Source: an uncultured virus (IMG/VR IMGVR_UViG_2675903202_000003)
Taxonomy: Duplodnaviria > Heunggongvirae > Uroviricota > Caudoviricetes
Direction: 5' to 3' (one strand)
IMG/VR virus record: IMGVR_UViG_2675903202_000003
Coordinates: 1-64,000 of that record
DNA length: 64,000 nucleotides
Made by a program: the position numbers and the translations under genes. Positions 18,600 through 27,800 of this stretch are shown here, piece after piece (the first letter of the stretch is position 1; every line of letters starts with the position of its first letter). The notes below the pieces were generated by a model. The model was not told the DNA's origin. It did no database searches and saw only the letters and a list, made by a program, of their open reading frames with translations.

Positions 18600-18959
18600 A
18601 TGACCGACACGAACATTCACCGCGAGCAGGTCACTGCCACGACGCTGGACGGCAGCATCACCTTCCAGGGGACCGCACGCCTGAGCCAGGACGGCGAAGC
18701 TTGGTCGGGCGACATCATCACCGACACCCTGCCCGCCAGCGTGGGTGCCCTGGAGACCTTCTATGACGGTGCCCACATCACCTTCCCCTCGGGGGAAACC
18801 GTTGAGGTCGAGGTTCCGAATCTCGCCATCAACACTTTTGAGCCGGACCATCCTTTCGCGGCCTTGGCGCGGCTCTCCGGCATCGCCGCTGAGGCAGATG
18901 GGCGTCTACCCGCGTTCGCGCTGAACGTTCGGCTGTCCCACCTGCCGGGGCACCCCTGA
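18600..18959 (+). CDS. hypothetical protein
   Basis: GGAGAGGG RBS + ATG. Confidence 0.6.
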   Translation: MTDTNIHREQVTATTLDGSITFQGTARLSQDGEAWSGDIITDTLPASVGALETFYDGAHITFPSGETVEVEVPNLAINTFEPDHPFAALARLSGIAAEADGRLPAFALNVRLSHLPGHP

Positions 18960-19033
18960 TACGTCGTGTCGGGATTGAGAAATCCCGGCAGCGCCATTCC
19001 TACATCTGACCTGCGAGAATGAGAGAATAGAGC

Positions 19034-19651
19034 ATGAGCCCGAGCACCGAGGAAATCCTCACTGCCCTCGACCTCACAGGCGTTGAGCACGTCAATATGC
19101 GCTGGTCGGGAGTGGATGCCACCATCGTTTACACGCCCGACCGCGCTGAGTTCGAGCGACGTCAAGCGCACGGCAATCCCTCGGTGACTCGGCTTGACTG
19201 GCTTAGCCTGCTCATGAACCTGCCGCACGGGCATCCGGTCCCGTTTTCGTCGTTTCGGCCTGCCGAGCATCGCGACCTGGACCGGATGCCGCTGGGGACG
19301 GTGGACATCACCCCGGGCGGGTTCGTGCGGCAACTCACTCATCCGCTGCGCGTGGAGCTCGCGATCGTCCACGGCCACCAGTGGAAACCGGGACTGGGCC
19401 GCGCCAGCCGCTTCGCGCCGTACTGCCGCCGCGCGCTCGTCCTTGCCGGGAAGCCCAAGCCTGCGGTTCTGCAGCAGGCGGCCATCGTCGCGGACTTCTA
19501 CAGCATCGGCCTCATCGTCAACGAAGACCGCGGCCCGCAGGTCGTCGTCCGCCCCGACGATTTCACGAAGTACCGGCACACGCCGGCGGGGTGGAAGTTC
19601 CTCGAAGAGGTGTACGCGAGCGCGGTGGGCGTCCAGAAGGCCGCCGCGTGA
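19034..19651 (+). CDS. hypothetical protein, possible degenerate restriction-endonuclease-like fold
   Basis: WKPGLGRASRFAPYCRRALVL...ADFYSIGLIV pattern. Confidence 0.6.
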   Translation: MSPSTEEILTALDLTGVEHVNMRWSGVDATIVYTPDRAEFERRQAHGNPSVTRLDWLSLLMNLPHGHPVPFSSFRPAEHRDLDRMPLGTVDITPGGFVRQLTHPLRVELAIVHGHQWKPGLGRASRFAPYCRRALVLAGKPKPAVLQQAAIVADFYSIGLIVNEDRGPQVVVRPDDFTKYRHTPAGWKFLEEVYASAVGVQKAAA

Positions 19652-20100
19652 TGGGCTCACAGAATGCGGATTCCGGGCAGATGAACATCGACGAGGAGAG
19701 AACCGTGGGGAACTACCTCCGCGAAGGGGACCCTGATTGGGGTTGGGAGTTCCGCTGCGAGGACTTCATCTTCGCCCGCCTCGACGAGGACCGTGCGTCT
19801 GCAGACAAACTCGACAGCGCCGCCCGCCAGGCCGAGCGCGACCGGATCGGCTCGCTGCGCAGGATCGCGGGCTGGCACAGCACCTACGTCGACCAGGAGG
19901 GGCGTAGCCACGCACGCTGCTTCACCTGCGAGCCCAGCCACGGCTTCCCGTGTACGACGCTGCGGAACCTCGCCGGCCTGTGGCGCGCCCACCCGGACTA
20001 CATACCTGGGTGGACGGACGAGGGGACCTTCCTGGCGGACGTGTTCGAGCTGGGCGGCTTCCGGCGCGCGTTCCTCGCTAAGGCCCGATCAGACGCCTAG
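19651..20100 (+). CDS. DUF6221-like protein
   Basis: FIFARLDED...PCTTLRNLA...HPDY..W. Confidence 0.7.
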   Translation: MGSQNADSGQMNIDEERTVGNYLREGDPDWGWEFRCEDFIFARLDEDRASADKLDSAARQAERDRIGSLRRIAGWHSTYVDQEGRSHARCFTCEPSHGFPCTTLRNLAGLWRAHPDYIPGWTDEGTFLADVFELGGFRRAFLAKARSDA

Positions 20101-20147
20101 CTCACCATAAGCTTCATTCCGGCGAGGAAGAGGGCGTCAACGAGCGA

Positions 20148-21038
20148 CTACGGAAGCTCAACGAACGGGATGCCGACTGCCGACAGCTTCGTCTGAAGGT
20201 TGATATCCCCAGTTGCCGCGTAGACAGCCGATCCCGGGTGGGCAGACTGCAACAGGAGCGTGGACGCAACGAACCGATCGTCGGGAACACTCAGGTCCAA
20301 CCAACTCGGAAGATCATCGCTTGCAGGTTCCACGTGATCAAAGACCGCGTGGACGTCTCCCGCAACACGGACTCCCGTGAGCACGTCTCCGTTAGTACGC
20401 AGTCCTTTGAGCCGGCGGTCGGCGCGCTTCGCCCCTTCGCGCACCATCTCGTTTCGTCCGTTGCGCTTGAGGTCATCAATCTCTCGAAGCACGACCGGCA
20501 GCAGGTGGACCATGTAGCGCCCGCCCAAGCTCTGCGTGTGGGCCGCGAGGTCTGGATTATCCACCAACGTGTTGGTGTCGACCGTGGCACGGACCTTGAA
20601 CTCGTCCGGCGGAAGCAACGCCATCAACTCGAACAGGAGCGAGAAGGTCGCATCGAGTTGCACCTCTGCCTGCTGGATCGTGGCGGGTACATCGTGGGAG
20701 CCCGTTTCCCGGACCAGCCAGTCATGCAGTCTTTCCAGCGCACCGGACAGGCGCTCATCGACCTGTGGGGTTGCGTGGGGGAAGAGCAGGCGGAAGCGGG
20801 GCGCCCAGTCTCGGAACATGCCCAGCAGCTTCATCCGTGAAGCCTCCAGCGATGCGTCGCCCGGCGCCCAGGCCCACTCTGGGAAGCCGACGAACGCCCC
20901 CCAGTCCGAGTGAGTCCGGTTGGGGTCGACGTTTACGACGCTGGAGGCAGCGATGATCTTTCGATAGTCGTCGCGGATGGCCTTCATCTCGCTGGTCAGT
21001 CGCTCGCGGTAGGTCAGGCGCTTTGCTTGGCTGCTCAT
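20148..21038 (-). CDS. PIN-domain ribonuclease with N-terminal helical domain (moron)
   Basis: VDTNTL, VLREIDDLK, PDDRF, TGDINL catalytic motifs; opposite strand. Confidence 0.85.
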   Translation of the reverse strand: MSSQAKRLTYRERLTSEMKAIRDDYRKIIAASSVVNVDPNRTHSDWGAFVGFPEWAWAPGDASLEASRMKLLGMFRDWAPRFRLLFPHATPQVDERLSGALERLHDWLVRETGSHDVPATIQQAEVQLDATFSLLFELMALLPPDEFKVRATVDTNTLVDNPDLAAHTQSLGGRYMVHLLPVVLREIDDLKRNGRNEMVREGAKRADRRLKGLRTNGDVLTGVRVAGDVHAVFDHVEPASDDLPSWLDLSVPDDRFVASTLLLQSAHPGSAVYAATGDINLQTKLSAVGIPFVELP

Positions 21039-21163
21039 GGGACTCCATAGTGGCGTCTCTTCGCCGCCCGTGGTGCCGGTTTGTGTGAGAGCAGGACACA
21101 GCCTCTCCAGGAGGGGGCAAGCAGTCGATCTAGACCTATTCCGTTCGACCGAAGGCAGAGAGA

Positions 21164-21199
21164 TCTGGGTTCCGTTAAGGTGACTTATAGGAACTCAGA
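21164..21199. promoter_or_regulatory. candidate tyrosine-recombinase crossover (lox/res-like) site
   Basis: TCTGGGTTCCGTTAA-GGTGAC-TTATAGGAACTCAGA imperfect inverted arms around a 6-bp spacer, upstream of recombinase operon. Confidence 0.6.
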
Positions 21200-21223
21200 A
21201 TCCGGTGGGGGAGCACTGATCAG

Positions 21224-21562
21224 ATGAACCGAGAGACCTACTTCGCCCGGCTCGACCCGAGCGACATCATCGTGCGGGTGACAGCACGGGACGGTGCCCT
21301 GTTCACCTTCCAGCACTACCGCAACCTGCGGGGGCAGCGAGACGGTCTTGCATGGGCATGCCACGCCTGCCCAGAGTTCGGCACTCACGGCGAGTGGGGG
21401 CCCTGGAACGAGCACTTCTACACTCAGCACCCCGACCGATACACGCGGATCGACCACGGCGGGACCGTCGCCGACGTGAAATACGTCGCCAGCCTCCACG
21501 CCCACGACAACCATGGCGGCACCATCTCCGACGAAATCGACCTGTCGGTGGCGCAGCGGTGA
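21224..21562 (+). CDS. hypothetical protein
   Basis: RBS; GTGA coupling to the recombinase. Confidence 0.65.
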   Translation: MNRETYFARLDPSDIIVRVTARDGALFTFQHYRNLRGQRDGLAWACHACPEFGTHGEWGPWNEHFYTQHPDRYTRIDHGGTVADVKYVASLHAHDNHGGTISDEIDLSVAQR

Positions 21563-22608
21563 CCAACCTCGAGCCCGCCCACTCCCCCGTTGTCGTCCGC
21601 CCGGAGCAGCCAGCGCCCGTCGCCTACACCGACGCCGACTTCACCATCGCGGCCAAGACCGCCGAGCAACTCGTCAACTCCACCCCCGAGAACACCGCGC
21701 GCACCTACGAGTGGGCGTGGAAGCAGTTCTCCCGCTGGTGCGCGGACGAGGGCCGCGTTGCGCTCCCCGCCACTGCGCAGACGTTGGCGGACTACGTCGC
21801 GCGCCTCGTCGGCATCGACATGGCGCCCGCCACGATCGACAACGCCATCGGCACCATCCGTTCGAAGCACACAGACGCCGGCCACGACAAGGAACCGAAC
21901 ACCCGCGCAGCACTGAAGCTCCTGCGCGCCTACAAGCGGGAATGGGCCGACAACGGTAACCGGGTCCGCAAGGCCACTCCCCTGCTCCTGGACGGTCTCC
22001 GCGCCATGGTCGACACCTGCGACCTTGACACGCTCCGCGGTGTCCGCGACCGAGCTGTGCTCCTCGTGGGGTTCAACATGATGGGGCGCCGCTCCGAGAT
22101 TTCCGGCCTGGACCGCATCGACGTCCAGGACGCCGAAGAGGGCATCAACGTCTACATTCGCCGGTCCAAGACCGACCAGGAAGCCCAGGGCGCATCTGTC
22201 GGCGTCCCCTACGGGCAGCACGAAGCGACATGCGCAGTCCGGGCTGTCCGCGCCTGGACGGACGCCCTCGACGAGTGCGGGCTTCGTGGTGGCGCTCTGT
22301 TCCGGCCGGTCGACCGTCATGGCCGGATCGGCGGTGAAGCCGAGATGGCCGGCCGGGCCGCAGCACGCCTCACCGGAAAGTCCATCAGCGATATGGTCCG
22401 CCGACGCGCGCTCCTGGCTGAACTGCCCGACAGCTACAGCGGTCATTCGCTCCGGAGCGGTGCCGCCACGACGGCCTACGCCGCGGGCGTCCCCGTCTCC
22501 GTCATCGCCTCCCACGGACGGTGGGCAGAGAAGTCCCCGGTGGTCCTCGGCTACATCCGCGCCGTGGACAAGTGGAAGAACAACCCCATGAAGGGCATCG
22601 GACTGTGA
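21559..22608 (+). CDS. Cre-like tyrosine recombinase (resolvase type)
   Basis: SAM-like N-domain (ENTARTY..W..F..WC); catalytic R (GRRSE), K (SKTDQ), HSLR, HGRW, Y; no arm-binding domain. Confidence 0.92.
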   Translation: MTNLEPAHSPVVVRPEQPAPVAYTDADFTIAAKTAEQLVNSTPENTARTYEWAWKQFSRWCADEGRVALPATAQTLADYVARLVGIDMAPATIDNAIGTIRSKHTDAGHDKEPNTRAALKLLRAYKREWADNGNRVRKATPLLLDGLRAMVDTCDLDTLRGVRDRAVLLVGFNMMGRRSEISGLDRIDVQDAEEGINVYIRRSKTDQEAQGASVGVPYGQHEATCAVRAVRAWTDALDECGLRGGALFRPVDRHGRIGGEAEMAGRAAARLTGKSISDMVRRRALLAELPDSYSGHSLRSGAATTAYAAGVPVSVIASHGRWAEKSPVVLGYIRAVDKWKNNPMKGIGL

Positions 22609-22665
22609 CGCACGCTGCCCCTTCAGGTGGCTCTACTGCTCTCTAGCGCTCTCTATGATCACAAC

Positions 22666-22959
22666 GTGGCCGACTTCGACTTCCCTGCTGACCTGCTCGA
22701 ACTCCAGCGCGCCTGGTACGCCGCTGACGCCCGCTGTGAGGAGGTCGCGGCGTCGCACCCCAGCGCCCGAGACGTCGTCGCCGGCGTAGCCGAGGTGACC
22801 GAGGAGCAGCGGGCCGAGCTGGCGCAGGCGCGGGCAGAGCGCCTCGACCTGTCCGAGAAGCTGCAGCGACACCCATGGTGGCTTGAAGCGGGGGACGTAT
22901 TCACGGCGAAGCAGGCGCTCCGAGCCGCTGCCCGGACGGGCGACACGCCGACCGAATAA
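22666..22959 (+). CDS. hypothetical protein (probably leaderless)
   Basis: TATGAT -10 at 22654-22659, GTG at 22666; FDFPADLLELQ. Confidence 0.65.
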   Translation: MADFDFPADLLELQRAWYAADARCEEVAASHPSARDVVAGVAEVTEEQRAELAQARAERLDLSEKLQRHPWWLEAGDVFTAKQALRAAARTGDTPTE

Positions 22960-23003
22960 ACGATTCGCGGTAGCCGATTCGGGCGGTTAGCGTCGGTTGT
23001 GCA

Positions 23004-23102
23004 CGTCGGGTCCGGTGCCTGCACGGGTCGAAGACCATCGGTTATCTTGCTTACAGACCCCCGGTGGTCGTCTCCATATCCGTGCAGACACCAGACTCGA
23101 CG
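23004..23102 (+). ncRNA. Y RNA-like ncRNA (no tRNA-like domain)
   Basis: 5'/3' ends form a long stem with internal GGUCGAAG / CGUCUCCAUAUCC loop shared with the adjacent YrlA; directly upstream of Ro60. Confidence 0.75.
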
Positions 23103-23118
23103 AGCAGGCTGGACGCAC

Positions 23119-23260
23119 GGGGAGGGCGGGTCGAAGTCTCGCCGGTTACCACTATTAATGGAGAGGTTGGTCGGGTTCAAATCCCGTCGCCGGACCTGGT
23201 CCGGTGTAGCTCAATGGCAGAGCTCTTATCCCGGTGGGCGTCACCACATCCGCCCTCCCC
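23119..23260 (+). ncRNA. yrlA: YrlA-type Y RNA with permuted tRNA-like domain
   Basis: Terminal stem GGGGAGGGCGG/CCGCCCUCCCC; T arm GUCGGGUUCAAAUCCCGUC precedes acceptor-like hairpin GCCGGAC..GUCCGGU and D arm GUAGCUCAAUGGCAGAGC. Confidence 0.88.
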
Positions 23261-23325
23261 GCCCGCTCAGCCTCCACTCCCCCACATCCGCCCCCTGGGC
23301 GGGGCGAAACACCTGGAGGCCGACC

Positions 23326-24872
23326 GTGGCCCGTGACCCCCTCGCTGCCGTCTCCACCATCGCGACGCCGCAGACCCGGCCGATCCCCGGCCGCGAGCAC
23401 GAGCAGGTCCGCAACAACGCCGGCGGCTACACGTTCGGCAAGGACCTGTGGACGCGACTGGAGGACTTCATCATCCTCGGCACGACCGGCGGCACCTACT
23501 ACGTCCGCGAGGACAAGCTCACCGCCGACAACGCGCAGGTCGTGTTCGACACGGTGGCGGCTGATGGTGTTCGCGCGGTGAACCTCGCAACGGAGATCTC
23601 CACGGCCCGGCCGCCGCGGGCGCCGAAGAACCGGCCCGCGCTGTTCGTCCTCGCCGCCGCGGCTGCACGCGGTGACGCCGACACCCGCCAGGCTGTGAAG
23701 GCGTCGCTGGCGAAGGCCGCGCGGACCACCGACCACCTCGCCACGTTCTTCGGGTACTGGAAGAACCTCGGCGGGAAGACCACCTCCGGCGGTACCGCAC
23801 CGGTCGCCGGCCGAGCGATGCGGGCCGCCCTCGGGTCCTGGTTCCTGGCCGGGGACGTCGACCAGGTCGCGTGGCGGGCATGCAAGGCGCGGCAGCGGAA
23901 GACCCCCGCGGCCAGGTGCCCGCAATCGACGCGTTCCTCGCCGCACAGGCCGTCACCACCCCGGTCGAGGCGATCGACGTCGTGCAGGACCGCGGGGTGC
24001 CATGGGAGTTCCTGCCCGACCACGTGCTCGGCGACGCGGGCGTGTGGGACGAGCTCGTCGACACGGTCGGGATGACCGCCCTCATCCGGAACCTGGCGCG
24101 GATGACGCGGCTCGGCACCCTCGCCCCGATGAGCGACGCGACCCGCCGCGCTGCAGAGCGCCTCACCAACCCCGACGCCCTCGCGAAGGCGCGGGTCCAC
24201 CCGATGGATCTGTTCCTGGCGCTGCGCGTCTACCAGGCCGGGCGGGCGCAGCCGAACCCGCGCGCCGACATGCAGACGTGGGCGCCGGTACCTGCGGTCG
24301 TGGACGCGCTCGAGGAGGCGTACGAGCTGTCGTTCGGACACGTCGAGCCGTCCGGCCGGCGCATCCTCATCGCGGTCGACTCGTCCGGTTCCATGTCGTG
24401 GGAGAGCGTCCAGTCCGGTGGGGCTCCGCTCGGCACCTGCTACGAGGTCGCGAACGCGATGGCGGTCATCCTCAACCGCGTCGAGGGCGGCAACGTCCAC
24501 GTCATCGACGTCGACACCCGCGTCCACGCCTCCAAAGTGACGGCGCGGACGAACCTGCGGGAGATCGGCCAGTGGCGTCCGTCGGGCGGCGGCACGAACC
24601 TGTCGCTGCCGTTCACCTGGGCGCAGCAGGAACGGCTCAACGTGGACGGCATCGTGGTCCTGACCGACAACGAGACGTGGGCGGGCCGGTCGCACCCGAC
24701 GCAGGCGCTGGCGTCGTACCGCCGGGCGGTGAACGGCAACGCGCGGGTCGTGGTGGCGGCGATGACCGCGGCCGGGCACTCGATCGCGGACCCGCGGGAC
24801 GAGGGCGTGCTGAACGTCGCGGGGCTGGACGCGTCGCTGCCGATGGTGGTGAACGGCTTCATCCGCGGGTGA
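23326..24872 (+). CDS. rsr: Ro60/Rsr TROVE + vWA RNA-binding protein (frameshift and apparent internal deletion near 23905)
   Basis: NNAGGYTF, FIILGTTGGTYY, GMTALIRNLARMT, KARVHP, MIDAS DSSGSM, GGGTN, LTDNETW, AGLD. Confidence 0.9.
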
Positions 24873-25099
24873 GCATGATGCGCGTGGTACGCCCGGTCAC
24901 TGGTGTGGCCGGGCGTTCTGTGCACTGGATGAGAGTTGCGCCATGACCGACTGGACAGTTGGGAACTAACAGACGTCAATGTCTTGCAGAGACCAAACCC
25001 AGGGTGTCAGTCTGGCGACTGTGCGCACGGAACCCCGTTCTCATCAGCGCGGGGGCCGTTTCTTGACTCGTGGATACCGAATATGCCAGCGGGCGGGGG

Positions 25100-25534
25100 C
25101 TATCTGTCGTCCGCGTCGTCCTCTGCGACGAGGACGACGCGGTAGGCGGGCAGCACCTCCTCGCCCTCCGCTGTCGCGATGACGGCGACGGGCTCGCCCG
25201 GCTCCAAGCCGAACCGGCGGCGTTCATCGTCGGTGGCAGGCCGGATCGTGACGCGTGCTCCGGGCGGGATGGTCACCATGGACCTCTCTTCCGGGTCGCG
25301 GACACGCGACCCGACGCCGGCCTCGGTAACGATGAGGCGTTCGGCGCGTAGGACGCGCAGCGCGGAGCGGACCGAGTTGGCGCCCACACCGTACTCGTCG
25401 GCGATCCGGGACTCACTCGGTAGCTGTGCCCCGGGCAGCAGCAGCCCTAACTGGATCTGGTGGCGGATGTCGTCCGCGACCTGCTTGTACACCGGCCGAT
25501 CCGAGTGAGGCTCGATGCGCCTTCGTTGCCGCAT
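25100..25534 (-). CDS. GntR-family wHTH regulator
   Basis: PVYKQVADDIR...LPSESRIADEYGV..VRSALRVL; palindrome TGGGTATATACCCA upstream at 25574-25587. Confidence 0.88.
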   Translation of the reverse strand: MRQRRRIEPHSDRPVYKQVADDIRHQIQLGLLLPGAQLPSESRIADEYGVGANSVRSALRVLRAERLIVTEAGVGSRVRDPEERSMVTIPPGARVTIRPATDDERRRFGLEPGEPVAVIATAEGEEVLPAYRVVLVAEDDADDR

Positions 25535-25716
25535 GACGGGCAACGTAGGGCGACCTCTTGGCCTCTACCCCATTGGGTATATACCCATAGGTTCGAACAC
25601 AAGGGCGAACTAACGGCGCGGGCGCCGCGTTTAGAGCCCGCCTTCGTGGCTACCCTGTGGGTGCGACTGGACGGCCCCCGGAACACACCCATCCCGGGGG
25701 CCTTTCTCAGAGGGAG

Positions 25717-25917
25717 CTACAGGTCGAGGTCGCCAGCCTTCACCCGTTCAGCGATCTCGCGCCACGCCTCGCGTGGCAGCAGCAGCGCGCCCGCGTGAGG
25801 CGCCTTGCTATCCCGGACGCCGACTCCTTCCCCCAGGTCGGCGAGCTCGACGCAGTTGTTGCCGTTGCCCGTGGATCGGCTAGATCGGCGCCACGTGGCG
25901 GCTGGTGGTGCATGCAC
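25717..25917 (-). CDS. DUF397 domain protein
   Basis: WRRSSRS..NGNNCVELA...VGVRDSK. Confidence 0.92.
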   Translation of the reverse strand: MHAPPAATWRRSSRSTGNGNNCVELADLGEGVGVRDSKAPHAGALLLPREAWREIAERVKAGDLDL

Positions 25918-25939
25918 CGGTCTTCTCCTTGCGACTGGA

Positions 25940-26785
25940 CTATTCGTGTGTCCGGGCCGCAAGCCATGCGGTGGAGTCCTCCGGCGAGAGTGCGGCCTGG
26001 CACACTCCATCAAAGGTCAGCCTAAGCCCGTGGACCTCGTCTGCGCTTTCTGCGTACCACTCCCCCATCTGCGCCTCGGTGTGTCCGGTGTCGAGGCCGT
26101 GGTCGCTGGGGTGGATGAAGAGGGTGAGGGGGCCAGCGAGACCACACGCGACGGCGGCACTGAACGGCAAGATCTGGATGGTGACGTTGGCGTGTGATGT
26201 CGCGGTCGACCACAGATCCCCGATCTGCTTACGCATCACGTCTTCGCCACCGACTGTCTGCCGCAGCGCGGCCTCGTTGATCACAAAGCGGCACTCCGGT
26301 GGGGTGCTGCGGCGGAGGATCGCCTTGCGTGCCATGCGGGCGGCGACGAGACGGTCGAGGTCAGTTTCCTCTGTGCCGGGACGGGCTCCGTCGATGACGG
26401 TGCGTGCATACTCGGGGGTCTGAAGCAGGCCGGGGACGAGCATCGTCTCGTAACTGCAGATGAGCGGCGCCTGGTCTTCGAGCATGATGAAGTTTCCGGT
26501 GAACGCATCACGGAATCCGGTCCACCAGCCGTGCTGCCAGGAGTCTTTGGTCAGGTTGAGGATGGCCTGGTGGCGGTCGGGGTCAACGCCGTACATCTGG
26601 AGGAGCGCCCGAACGTCCTCGTCGGACGGGCGAGTGGAGGGGTCCTCGAACCGGGAGAGCTTGTTCTTTGACCAGCCACACCGGCGCGCCGCTTCCGCCT
26701 GAGTGAGTCCGCAGCGTTCGCGCATGGTGCGGAGCTCGAGGGCGAGCCGGCGTCCGCGGATGGTGGGAGTCATGACTGCTGCCAT
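25940..26785 (-). CDS. XRE-HTH + DUF5753 regulator (WhiJ-like)
   Basis: PTIRGRRLALELR, GWW, VPGLLQTPEYAR, INEAALR..VGG..VMR.Q. Confidence 0.92.
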   Translation of the reverse strand: MAAVMTPTIRGRRLALELRTMRERCGLTQAEAARRCGWSKNKLSRFEDPSTRPSDEDVRALLQMYGVDPDRHQAILNLTKDSWQHGWWTGFRDAFTGNFIMLEDQAPLICSYETMLVPGLLQTPEYARTVIDGARPGTEETDLDRLVAARMARKAILRRSTPPECRFVINEAALRQTVGGEDVMRKQIGDLWSTATSHANVTIQILPFSAAVACGLAGPLTLFIHPSDHGLDTGHTEAQMGEWYAESADEVHGLRLTFDGVCQAALSPEDSTAWLAARTHE

Positions 26786-26981
26786 CTCTGCATCATCCTC
26801 CGGTTGCTGCTGGCCTCCGCGTCTTGGCTGGTGGCCTAGTACGGCCAAGATTATCGTGACACGGTCATTGAAATCGTGGACGTGTCACGGCACTCTTACT
26901 TTTATCGCTCGATCGGCAGCACACCGTGAGCCCCGGAGGTCACATCATGCGGACCACCCACCTCGAAGTGGACGGATCGTG

Positions 26982-27353
26982 ATGGCGACCATGGACCTCC
27001 TCGGCGCCCCCCTCGCCCTCACCGAGGCCAAGGACGTCCCTCGCATCCGCAGGGAAATCTGCCGCCGGGCCGCTGCCGTCCTCCCCCACCTCGGCAAGAT
27101 CGACGACATCGAACTCCTCGCTTCCGAAGCGGTCACCAACGCGGTCCTGCACGGCACCGGCATCATCGACGTCGCCGTCATCTGCGGCCCGGACCGTTTC
27201 CGCGTCGAAGTCCGCGACCAGGGCCCCGCCAACCCCGGCAGCGACCGCCGCGACTACGGCCGCGGACTCACCATCATCAACGCGCTCGCGTCCCGGTGGA
27301 GTCTGCAGGCCGACGAGTACGGCACCTGCCTATGGTTCGAGGTGGACCTGTGA
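26982..27353 (+). CDS. HATPase_c anti-sigma-factor-like ATP-binding protein
   Basis: ELLASEAVTNAVLHG, VEVRDQG, GRGLTII, LWFEV. Confidence 0.88.
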   Translation: MATMDLLGAPLALTEAKDVPRIRREICRRAAAVLPHLGKIDDIELLASEAVTNAVLHGTGIIDVAVICGPDRFRVEVRDQGPANPGSDRRDYGRGLTIINALASRWSLQADEYGTCLWFEVDL

Positions 27354-27800
27354 TGAGCGTGGACGCGCCCGCACCCCGCACAACCCCGTTCCGGGCGTGT
27401 CCACTCCGGGGGGAGGTGCGCGGCCGGGGCCTCGGAAGTCACCAGCAGGGCGAGGCCCCGGCCGTGCTCAACCAGACTTGGGGGGCGTACCCCGCGCCCC
27501 CTGGGGGCCGGGAGGCCTGAAGTCCCGGCCGGAACCACCGGCAACCTGATGTGCCAGGGTTGGTGGAACCGGCCGGGACGCTTCCGGTCCATCGCTTGCC
27601 GCGCCCTCATCATGAGCGGCACCCGTAGTCGCCGCCACCCACACGACGAGACCGGCATCGGACAGTACGCGCTTCTCCCCCGTAGGCCACAGACACCGCC
27701 CCCCACCGGGTGGGACGCTCGTCACGCGGGTGGCCTCCAGCCCCGGGGACGACGGCGCCCTCCGGGGTCACGTCCCTCACCCTGCGCCGGGGAGAACACC

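Noticed and set aside
21559-22608. Prophage integrase with attL/attR boundary
   Set aside because: Lacks an arm-binding domain and resembles Cre-type resolvases; no tRNA target or duplicated att core seen
23150-23225. tRNA gene (Asn-like arms)
   Set aside because: Arms are in permuted order (T before D) inside a Y-RNA stem next to Ro60, so it is YrlA rather than a canonical tRNA
25593-25608. LexA SOS box (TCGAACacaaGGGCGA)
   Set aside because: Right half-site deviates from GTTCGA; insufficient support
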